The translations under genes were made by a program, and so were the position numbers. Below the pieces are notes generated by a model. It was given only the letters and a program-made list of their open reading frames with translations. It did not search any database and was not told the origin of the DNA. 26,330 nucleotides of DNA, taken from Tilletiaria anomala UBC 951 (Eukaryota). Position 1 is the stretch's first letter; each line of letters begins with the position of its first letter. This document shows, one piece after another, positions 10,301 to 20,920 of the stretch. The stretch is taken from the NCBI RefSeq assembly GCF_000711695.1, contig NW_013547014.1:248001-274330 (forward strand). The letters are read 5' to 3'.

Positions 10301-12403
10301 CAGCCACACTTCGTAACCTCTGGCCTGTATATACATACATGCAAATGACTCGTCGTTAACTTTCTCCGAATGCACCGACGACTTCGCAGTGAACGTTTTC
10401 CCCCGAAGGTGCAGCGTTCGTTTTCAATCTTCAAATTATTGGCCGCCCCGGCAAAACGGTACCCTCGACTTCCGAGGCTTTACAAAGTTCACTAACATCT
10501 ATCCCTGAAGTCCGTCGCGTTCAGACTTCTATACATGACCTGGGCGTACGCGTCGACTGCTTTGTCGACTGCTTCAACTAACGTTTTGTCGACAATGTCG
10601 ACGAGTCAATATGTCTCTCCCCCCAACGAGTAAAACATAGTCGAGAGCAGTCAACAGTGTTGCGAGCGCACTTCTTCCCACGCAAGGCAATTCGCCATCC
10701 CAGGCGAGCAGCAAGTCGTCCGCAGCGACGCCTCGCTCATCGGGTGGGACTGGTGACTGTTCACCCACCGCGACCGCCAACTATTCGCTGGTCTTTGTAT
10801 CACGCAAATGGGAACGAGCACAGCCCGCCCAAAGTGCAGTATGTTGCGAAGAAGTCGCCCTCAAGAAGGTGGTCAAACGCATGCGGCCTTTCATCAAAGG
10901 CGCGCTAAACGTCCTTTATTAGACCGACAGCACGGCCATGCAGGGACTATTTCATCATGAGGTTGACGATCATCTCACAGCAATTGCGGTAGCACTTTTC
11001 GAGCTTGGCGTTAAAGATCACCGGCATCTCTCTCTATCTCTCTTCGCTTATCACTCATGCTCGACTGTGATGTATGCACCTGTATACTCCTCATACTTTC
11101 ATAAATGCTGTTGCTACCGCCGGCGCTCCCAGCAGACCCATCCCCAGTGATGCCGAGTCACGCAACGAATGCAGGCGTAGTGACTAGTGGTAGCCGAGTA
11201 AGTGTCACACTACATGACAGAATTCGTGACTTCGAACCGGACCGAACCCTGTTCTCATTCCGCCAATGGCACCAAATTTGCCACCATCTCTTGCCCACAT
11301 AAATAGCTCCCATGTTCTTTTCCCTATCTGTTTCCTGTATTCCCTAAGCGTTGCATCTTACCAATGTCAACAGATTGAATCTCTCCTTGTCTCGGGCTTG
11401 TCCAAGAGTTCGTCTCTTGGCACCGATCCTTACACGTTGAAGTAGTCACCATCCACGTTCGGCCCTCTACATTGGGGGGAAGGTTTGGTTCTCGACGATT
11501 GGTTAGTTCGCTTCCCTGAATAGTTCCCATTCCTCACAGGGTGTGTTGCTTGTGCGGCCTACACAGGAGCATGGCTGAATGCATGGTCACGTGCTTGTTC
11601 CCGTCGCTACTTCACAACAACTGACGTCGACAGGCCCTTCCGGTGTGCTGGGAGTGCGTTGTGAGCAATCAGGATAGTCGAAATATGTAGATCGTATCCC
11701 AAGGTGTCACAAGAAGGGAAATGAAGAGGGCAGTACACTGGATTAACTGCCGCGAGCAACTTTTTGCCTGTTCAACTGGAGCAGGAGAAGTTGAAGTGAA
11801 TTGTGAGGCACTGGATCGTTGACGGCCAAAGCCCGTTTGGCGGAAAACGCGCACGTCGAAGTGTAACATAACACCGCAGACGACATGTGGTTGCGTCTGG
11901 TCACCAGCACGAATGCCACAGCGGCAGGCGCAGCCGCGCAGGAGTCACTACTCGCTCATTCTCCTTGAACCGAGCCGAACATGCTGCAAGACAACGCACG
12001 GCAGAAATGTCAGAAATCGAGACAGTCTCGACGTTCAGCCATGCCCGCAACAGGTAGCACCAGCAAACAGCACACCAAGCAAAGGCGGGCCTAATAGGGA
12101 ATACAGTTTTGAACGATCAGTGCACTGTGCAGGATAGACAGGGTGCGAAAGCGAAAAATACAGGTGGGGATCTTGACACGACGAGAAGCCCATCCGTGAC
12201 GCGGTGGAAAAATGATACCCAGTGAGGAAGGTATGGAAAAGGGGAACAAGAATGTGTGTCCGATTTTCCTTGCTCTACGAAGATGTAGATATAATGTTGA
12301 TGAGTGTATACATGTATCGTGTAAGCTATCTCACATGTATCGTGCGTGTAGTATCGTATCATAGTGCGCCGCCTGAGCTTGACAAGGGCGAAGGCTCCAT
12401 TCC

Positions 12404-14837
12404 TTAGACCTTGGAAGCATCGGGTTTGACGATGAGCGTGTCGTCGATTCTGATGAGCGGCTCGAGCTTGGCGTCCTTCCGCCAGAACACCCAGCGCTTG
12501 AAGAAGTACGGCAAGGCCTTGTTGAGTTGGTAGTCGGCAAACTTGCCGGTTGGTACTGCGAAGACTTGGTCCAGCTCTTCGAGTGTGAGCGCTGCGAGCG
12601 AGAGGAGGCGGGTGCGTCAGCGCGTTGCCGGTGGCACAACTCGGGGCTCAGGAGGAAGCACGTGTCGAGTTAAGGTTCAGCACCGAAGGGACTCACCTTT
12701 GGTCTCGGGTACGAGGAAGAATATCATGACGAACGCGATGACGTTGAGCCCAGCGTAGAAGCAGAACGCGCCGGTCGGCGTCATGACGTCAAGCATGGCG
12801 GGGAACGTGACAGAGAGAATGGCAGCGAAGCCGAGGCAGACAGTTACCGCCCAGCTCATGCCGGCCTCACGCTGCGCCAGGGGGAAGACCTCGGCAGAGT
12901 ACGTGAATGGCACGGGGCCTTCTCCTGGCGAGTAGAACGCCGCGAAAAGGAAAACGAAGAAGGAGATCGCACCGACACGGCCTGGACCCGGAGTGCCGTC
13001 GGCATTCGACGGAATGAGGAACGACAGTCCTCCGCCGAGCAAGCACCATGCCATCTGTTGTTTCGGTTTGCAAGTGCGGCGAAAGAATGAAAACAAATAA
13101 AATCAGAGCGGCTGGCAGGCAGGGTCACCCAGTCAAAGACTCTGTTTAAAACACACCTGCGGGAAGGTAAAGAGAAGCAGATTCCGGCGTCCAAAGGTAT
13201 CAATGGTGAAAAGAGCGGCTGTGTTCAAGCCTTCGTGTCAGCGTTCGCTCCATGGTCAACGAAATTGCGCAACAATATCCTCACGGAAGGCAAAGAAAAA
13301 GTTGACAGCGCCAAAGCCAAGCGATGCGTACAGCGCCTTATCGACGGACCCGTAGGCCTGTTCGAAGATTGTTGACGAGTAGAACGCAATGATGTTGATG
13401 CCGCACATCTGCTGCGCAAGCATGACAACGCCAGAGGCAATTGTTGCACGGCGGACGCGCGGAATGGTGAAGAGCTCGGCGATACGCTGTACGTACGTGG
13501 TACCGCGGATGATCTTTCTCTCTTCCTGGAGCAGCGTGTGGATGTAATACAGATCGCGCGCGGCCTGGATCTTGTTGTGGCGTAGGCGGACGAGCGACTC
13601 GAACGCTTCCGCGTATCGGTTCTTCTTCATCAGCCATCGCGGCGATTCGGGGCAGAAGTAGATGAAGATCGCGAGCGGGAGCGCAGGGACTGTCGAGGAA
13701 GGGGAGCAAGTGCAGCGCGTCAGCGGCGCCCTCGTTGATAGATACACACAGTCGAAAATCTCGATGGATACGCACTGAAAGCACTGCCGAGCTGCAGCCG
13801 CCAGGCAATCTTTCCGACGTCCTTGACGACAACGTTTGCGCATGTCCCGAGGAAGATACCGAATGCGGTCCAGAGCTGCGTGAGGACCACGAGAAGATAA
13901 ACGCGTCAGACAGAATGCTAAACCAAACAGGTGTTGCCCTGCCTCCGAGACTCGTGCTTAGGCTTGCGCACTCACCTGCCAGCCCATGACGAGCGCTCCG
14001 CGAATGCGCGCGGGTGAGTTTTCGGCAGCAAAGACGGGGACGGTGGAGCCCTTAGCACCCATGCCGATGCCAAGGAGGAAGCGGACGATAAACAGCTCCC
14101 ACCAATTGCGCGTGAAGCCTGAGCAGATCGGTGTGATGACGAGAATGACGGCAGTGATGAAAATGCAGCCGCGGCGGCCAAATGCGTTGTTCAGCGGATC
14201 GGAGAGCCAACAGCCGCAGAGCGCCGACCCAATGTAAGGCGCCGCGTTGACGGCGCCGACGAGCCATGTATTGTTGTACGCGTTTGGATTGCCCTTCTCG
14301 GTGCTGATGTCGAAATCCTTGGGGAAGGAGAGCTGGAGTATTGTGCAAAGTGTGAGTGTGTCAAATTCCCACGTCTGTTATATGGAAACAAGCAAAGGGG
14401 GGACTCACATTTGCACCGTTGCTACCAGTCTGATCCCACCCTTGCGTGGCAGCACCAATGGAGCAGCAAAAGATGGTGGCATACATGACAAACGGGTGGC
14501 TCCACTTGTGCGTGACCTCGTGCACGAGCGCCGCCTTCTCCTCGTCGGAAAGGTCGGGGATGGACTGGAAGCCGCTCTGGTTCTGTGCGACCAGCGCACC
14601 GCGCTGGATGAGCTCGACATGCTCTACGAGGCCGTGCTGATGGGCAAACTGCTCTGCGTCGCGCAAGAGCTTGCTGCGTGGCACGCCGTACAGTGGGTTC
14701 TTGACCTCACCCGAGTCATTGGCGTCGAGAGCGATCTCGAACTTGTCCACCTCTTCAGTGGCGAGCTTGACGCCGTTGCCGCTGCCATCGGACGACCGGC
14801 CCTTGGCGACGTCCTTTTCGGTTTCTGAGTGACTCAT
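12404..14837 (-). CDS. MFS sugar porter family transporter (polyol/inositol/hexose-H+ symporter-like), 7 exons, ~632 aa
   Basis: Exons 14837-14409, 14332-13976, 13875-13776, 13689-13285, 13218-13157, 13054-12697 and 12591-12404 total 1899 nt in frame. Sugar-porter motifs: [64 protein letters not shown]...TLEELD. Confidence 0.93.
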
Positions 14838-14980
14838 CCTGGTGATCTTCGTCTCTGTGGCCGCCGTGGGGTACGGGGTGGCAACAAAGGAGAAGAAAGG
14901 AGGGGAAGCGGATGCGAAAGGGTTGAGGACGGTCAATTGTGGGGCGAGGGATAAGGAGGGCGGAGAGAGCGTGTCGCTGG

Positions 14981-14990
14981 GGTATTTATG
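14981..14990 (-). promoter_or_regulatory. Possible TATA-like element (CATAAATA) of the sugar transporter
   Basis: About 150 nt upstream of the ATG at 14837, followed on the minus strand by CT-rich tracts typical of fungal core promoters and 5'UTRs. Confidence 0.3.
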
Positions 14991-17717
14991 TGTCGCTGCC
15001 CAGCAGGAAAGAGGATCGCTTGCCCCCGATGTCGCTTGTCTCTGGCGGCAGTCAGCGCCGTGGCCGAGGCAGCTGATGCTGTGGGTGTTTGACGCTAACC
15101 CCCACCCCCTGGCAGTCGTCCGCACGCTGCTGGCAGATGCATACGGCAGCAGGGGAGAGCTAAGTGAGAGTGGATTGGGAACGCTTCTCCTCGTCCTCGG
15201 CAGGCAGCATGCCGCTGTCATCCCCTGACTCTCATCTCCACAGTTCACCCATATTCTATCAGCAGGTACCCAGCAGCGGCCGCGTGTTGTCGGGGGTAGT
15301 GCTGGGGTACCCTGCTCCGCCTTCTGCGATGCAGACTGTGGGATAGATAGTGCTTGATACAAACCGATGCTAGGCGCTAAAGTGAAACGACGCGTATGTA
15401 TCCCATGTATACCTACGTAGAAACAGCTTGGCGCCCCGGCTCTAACGAGGTGAGGGGCGCAAGACGGCTGGAAATCCATCGCATCATCGACCATTACCGA
15501 AATAGGACAGGAACTCGGGAGTGGGCGGCCCCTGAACTGCCCCAGGTCCTGTCGCGGCACCTCTCATCTCACCCACGCCACCCCCACGCCCCAGGACGTT
15601 ATTATAGGGCGTAGTCAAATGTGTGGTACAGAGATACGCGTGAAACATTTGTTCTTTTGCTTGAACCCTGTGGGAGTAGTATTTCAGTGTCGTCATGTTG
15701 GACCAGGCTGGATACCCAACTCGATCTCCCCCCTCTCCCAACTCAGGCACGGAGGCGGAGGCAGGGCCGCTGGCCGAGAAGTCAATAATCCATAGGGTTT
15801 CCACATGTGTACACAGATTTGGTTCCTATGTTGGACAATTTCTGCCAAGTGGCCTTGGAAGCTGTCATACAAGGAGGTCGTTTAACTTGATAAGCATCGT
15901 TCGGCCAGGCCTGGATGCCGTCGTCGCCGTCTTCACCTCGTGATGCGATTCATCGTCGCCGTCGTTGTCGCGACACGTGCAGCACAGATGGCGCGAGCTT
16001 GCTGGCGACTGCCATGGAAACCTTCCGCCCCAAAGTCATACTGTTACCTGATCTCCGCTCGCCTTTTCGCTATGCTGATTTTGAGGCATGCACACAAGAT
16101 CGATGCGCGCCGGAACGACGCAGAGAAGGTCTAGAGAAAGCCACTGCAAAGCCACAGAGCGTCCGGGGGAGGAAGCTAGGAAGATGGGACAGGGGATCGG
16201 GTTCGTGTCATCCTGTGTCTACAAAAGGTAAAGCCTCACATGGTTGGAGGGAGCTCCGCATTGCCGTCGTCAGTCTCAGCCGAACCGAGTCTTTAGCCTC
16301 AGGTCTCCAGCCGACACAAAGCACGATCATACGATTTCATCTCTTGGATCCTCGTCCCCTCTTGCCATTGAGTGGACGTGTTTGTTGTCTTGTTGGGAAA
16401 TTGCTCCTGCTGCTTGGCAGCTTGCAAACCTTTGTCGGCATCTGTCGGTTGATGCAGTTCTAACATCGAATGGCCTGTGGCAACCTGTTCTGTTGCACCC
16501 TCGCGGGCGGCGCTACGCAAAATCGGCGGTGCCACTCGAAAATTCCACCCGCCAGCCACTGGACTCATCTCTGATCTTCATCTTGGCAACTTCGTAGGTG
16601 TTGGTGCTTGTTGGATCCCCGCCTCGATGGGCTTCAGTACTCGGTGGTGTTTTGGTTTGTCCAGATCTGTCCGAGTAGAGGCAAGTTGTTCGCATCTGCA
16701 GCGTACACCGTAGCGTTCCCAGCTCGCAGCCAAGCTTCGAGGCTTCACTACAAGCGTATTTGAGTATCCAGCCATCAAAGCATGAACACATCAAGGGTGA
16801 GAGAGCTGCAGAAGGAAGCGCGCTTGCCTAACACAACTCAGCTGTGCAAGTCACATCGCGTGGCTTCGGAATCTTCTATGCCTCCAATGTTCTGTTCTTC
16901 CAATTATGTCGCTGCATTCAAAGATGTGTAAGATGAAAGTCTAACGTCTGACGTCCGTCCTTGGTCCGGTAGTGACGTGTAGGATGTGAGTTCCGGAACG
17001 TTCAAGTCATGGCACCTGGTGTCCGACCACTGGCCAATGTTTAATTGAATATCAGGCTTCTGTTGAACCCTTCATATTTCACTGGCTTCATTGGTGTTTC
17101 TACCTCATCTGGAAGTCCAACGGCCCGACCCGTACAGTATTCTGGCTTTTGCGCGTTGCAGGTGACAAGCCACGCATCTTTTGAGCAGCTTGCTTCCTGC
17201 CTTCTACCCCATCTAATCATGTGAAGTCCCGACGAATGTTTACCGCGTCGACGAGCATGTAGAATGCCCGCGAGTCACGATGGAAAATTTGTCCACGTTG
17301 TTGAGATGTTGGGCGTAGTGAGCGCTGAGCAATGAGCATTGAGCTTGAACGCCTGAACAGCGAACAGCGTTTCCTGTATTTCCGGACACGTATATAAGTA
17401 GGTAGCGCTTGGACTGCAGCTACTCAGGCCTTTGGTCATGCGGGGGAGGGCAACGGTGTGCCAAATCCCAAGCTAGCCAAGACAGAATGACCCAGAAAAT
17501 CACCATGTCATTCGCTGCCTCTGCTGTTGACGTGTTACCGAGTCAGTGGTCTTCGAAAATGATGAACTGTCTGAAGTACAAGCAGATGCGCGAAGCATTT
17601 GATGCAAAGCGAGGCCACGACTGATGCTTGCAGGGGCTCTCGAAAGCTGGCTTGACGCGCTTAACGCCATTATATCACTTTCTTGTGCGACAGATCTTGT
17701 TGCGGGGAGCAAAGCCT

Positions 17718-18422
17718 TCACCAACGACGGTACAGCAGGAACCTGCCATTGAGCGTGATCTTCACGCGGTCTCCCTTTGGGTCTTCAACCTTTTTGACGT
17801 GACCTTGAAAGTCGATCGCACTCATGATGCCGTCGCCGAATTTCTCGTGGATCATGTGCTCAAGAGGGTAGCCGTAGACGACAAGCACTTCATAAAGGCG
17901 GTACAGGACGGGCTCTGAGGTGGACGTGTACATGTGGGCAATGTGGGGAGCCGCAGGGTTCAACAAAGGTTAGCGATCAGCTCATTCAAGCATACAGAAT
18001 CGACAAGCACAGACTTTCGCGATGCGGGGGCATGGGCATGCACCAGCAGACACGCACCTTTAGGTGGAAACTCGCCAAGACCACGATGCGGCCAGTAGCT
18101 CTCGCCCAATGACTTTTCGAGGACCTTTCAGTGGATATCAAGGCACCGAGACAACTTTTTCAGGTCCTCCGGTGCCGGTTTTGCTTGGCCGTAGAAGCTG
18201 CACGCGGACAGAGTAGAAATCGTGTTGGGACAATCAAGCTCATCTGACGCGGAAGTGCACAGCAACGATACGATCGTTTGCTTTGCAGTCTCACATTGCA
18301 GCAGTGTACCATTCGTCCCTCCCAATCTCCTTAGCAATCTTCTCGAACGTCAGATCCTTCGTCGCCTTGGCGGCGTGGAGACTCGTGAAGATGGGCGACA
18401 GCCCTTGCAGGATGGTGGGCAT
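17718..18422 (-). pseudogene. CYN1: Cyanate hydratase (cyanase), 3 exons, 154 codons, interrupted by an in-frame TGA at codon 66 (probable recent pseudogene or null allele)
   Basis: Exons 18422-18295, 18197-18058 and 17914-17718 total 465 nt. Translation: [124 protein letters not shown]...[19 protein letters not shown]. Cyanase signatures YRLYE and [14 protein letters not shown] are clear. The TGA lies at 18128-18130. Family identity is near certain; pseudogene status is less so. Confidence 0.8.
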
Positions 18423-18651
18423 CTGAATCTGCGAGGAAGACGACATCCACGCAACGCTTGTTTTTGAGAGTGCCTGTGTAGAGGTATTTTAACTGGCTCG
18501 TGGATTGGCCTGCCTTTCCTGATGCGCGATTCGGGCGAGAAAGGCTGAACAGGAAAGCGTCGTATTTGAATGAAGAGAAAAGGTACATAGAGGATACTGG
18601 TCGAAGTAACCCATAAATATCTGTATCTGGATCGTGCTCGTGCTCGTTCCA

Positions 18652-18848
18652 TTATCATCAACACGCCAAACCAATTCAAAGCACAGTTCACACAGAGTGG
18701 AGGCTGTCAACGCGGCGGACTTGGACAATATCTGCCCATAGCATCTTCGCTCTTTGAAAGGCTGTGGACTGCAATGCGATGCTGTTGTGAGTACCGACTG
18801 CAGCGCAGAATGTGATCGCCTTGCGGGCCACGCGCTTATCGCTTATCG
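18652..18848 (-). promoter_or_regulatory. HGATAR (GATA-factor) sites upstream of the cyanase, including a tandem pair
   Basis: The + strand reads GCTTATCGCTTATCG, giving two GATAAG on the minus strand at 18835-18840 and 18842-18847. A further TGATAA lies at 18652-18657. All are 230-425 nt upstream of the cyanase ATG. Confidence 0.35.
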
Positions 18849-19479
18849 CGGCAGTGCGCTCCAAGCACCAATCTGGAGCCTCCAAAGTAACGTGTAGTCA
18901 TTCGACTCGACGCATCGCGTGATGAAAATAGCACAACGACTTTGACGTCCGATTACAAATTATAAACAGAGATTCGACTCATCGAATGAGGAGCTGTATA
19001 GACCTCAAAAGGCCATACAACATTAGCACTCGCGGAGTCTGGACCATGCTGGACCTACGAGGTGGGCTACCTTTTCAGCGGTGTCCATAGCCACCACGCG
19101 ACCCAAAGAACCGGATGAGAAGTCTACGAGCTGGAGCTGGATATCTGGATATATGTCATGTCAGTATGCGTGAAAGGAGTTATAGCAAAGGATACTGCAA
19201 ATGCAGACGTTCAAGAATGCCACGCGCTTGAAGCACCGGCCTTGGTGGTTCCGTACAATCCGTGATGCTGGCCACTGCGTAGCATGCAAATGGTACGCAC
19301 TTGACATTCATTATGCACAGCACAAACAAGTCATCTATAGCAGCCTGCAGCCTTAGCCAACCGAAAAAAAATCAAGCGGCACCCATTGATTGAAAGCCAA
19401 CGAGCACCGCGACATTCGAAGCAGCCTGTACGGCGAATTGCGCCGTCACAGACTCTTTGCGACTTTCTCGAGCTGCTAA

Positions 19480-20052
19480 CTATTGGCTGGGTCCTGTAAC
19501 CTTTTCCAAGCCGTCTTTCAGGTCCTTCATGCCCTTCTGTGCGATATTTTCGTGGCCGCCGGCAGCAGTGTAATCAGAGCTGCGGGGCTCAACGTTCTTC
19601 TTGCCGACGAGCGCTTCGCCGCCCTCTAAAGTCGTAGGGCGCACACCATTCGCGGGCACGCCGAAAGGTGATCGTGCGGCGATCGACATCGCCAATGCAA
19701 CCAGAGAAGAGAAGCGTTTTCAAAGAAGAAGAGCATGTAAGATTCAGCGAGCTGTACGCAGGAAATATCCTCGTGCGAAGCGTAAAGGCGACGCACTGTC
19801 AAGGAAAGCATTGATGTTGCCGCGAACTGCCTCGCCAGCACCTGACATGGCTTGGAAGACACTGTGCCCCCAGAGGCACGGAGAGGGAGTGAAGTCAGGA
19901 GCGACAGTCGCTCGGCACCTTGGTAAAACAGCCAATCTTCATTCAGACGAGGAGAGTGCGCAGCTGATCCCCACTCACCCTCCAATGGCTTGACCAACAT
20001 TGCTGCCAGTATCCTCCGAAGCTGTAGGAGAAGTTGACTGGTTGCTGCTCAT
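19480..20052 (-). CDS. Small uncharacterised hydrophilic protein, 3 exons, 94 aa
   Basis: Exons 20052-19979, 19861-19797 and 19625-19480 (donors GTGAGT and GTGCGT, acceptors CAG and TAG) total 285 nt in frame: MSSNQSTSPTASEDTGSNVGQAIGGVFQAMSGAGEAVRGNINAFLDKGGEALVGKKNVEPRSSDYTAAGGHENIAQKGMKDLKDGLEKVTGPSQ. The ORF track shows it only as fragments. Confidence 0.72.
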
Positions 20053-20920
20053 CTTTGTAAGAATGAACTGACCGATGTGAATATTGTCTTATCGCTATTC
20101 ACCCTGTGTTCGGAAGTGCTTCTAGCGAGCGGAGCGGCGACTGATGAGAATGCAACGGATGTGAGTTGACTCCCATGCATTCGTAGCAAACAGAGGCTAT
20201 GTTTAAGAGGCTTGCAGCTCCTCCAAACCCGTATGCCCGGGAGAAAACAGTCAGATCCCGCGCAGCGCCGTCGAATGAACAATTGCACCTTGGACTTTGG
20301 AGGCTACAGTGCAGGAGAGCACCCAAGGCCACCAGGTTACTCGATCGATTGATGGTGCTGTGTCTGCCAATACGTAATAGAATCGCCATCTGGATATTGG
20401 TGAGGTCATCGGCAACTCCTTTCCCGTTGGCGTGTGCACGCTCCTCGGCGTCTTTTCGGGACCACCAAGCAGAATGGCACATTCTTTTACTGCGTCAAGG
20501 GAAGCCACCAGAAAAAGAAAGAAACACAAGGAGCAAAGGCGATACTTGGAGCCGAAGCCCGATGTCTCCGACAGCCGATGGGCGAGTGCCAACCGCAAAC
20601 GGAACCCATATCCAATCGTTGGCACTGCAGCAATGTCAGGCAAAATTTTGTGCACCACAATCACCAACCCACAGCTGCAAGCCTCCACAATCAAGATCCG
20701 ATCATAGCACCACCAACCAGAGGCTGTGTAGACATACTCCAACACGTGCATTTCCGGGTTGAGGGAGCTTCAGCAGAGTTTTTTTTTGCACCGCGGTGAT
20801 CTCAACGTACAGACAGCTGAGGTCGCGTTGAAGGGCTAATTATCAGTATTCCCTTCAAGCATACCTGCCGACGCGCCTTTCCCTCAATGTCCGCATACTG
20901 GAGACGAAACAATAGCAGGA

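Noticed and set aside
14247..14828. 193-aa plus-strand ORF and similar antisense ORFs (2676-3149, 17628-17918, 24028-24582, 25506-26030)
   Set aside because: Shadow ORFs opposite real coding exons, explained by codon bias and high GC.
14838..15560. Stop-free frame extending about 240 codons upstream of the sugar transporter ATG (399-aa ORF in the track)
   Set aside because: The translation is not protein-like and crosses a TATA-like element and CT-rich promoter tracts. The ATG at 14837 already gives a normal-length transporter.
18125..18146. Micro-intron (GTGCCT...CTGAAAG) that would remove the cyanase TGA
   Set aside because: Only 22 nt, far below the other introns here, and not a multiple of 3, so it would frameshift the gene.
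20199..20799. Overlapping 120-190 aa ORFs on both strands between the small gene and the DHA1 transporter
   Set aside because: No motifs or splice-consistent structure; the position fits a divergent promoter region.
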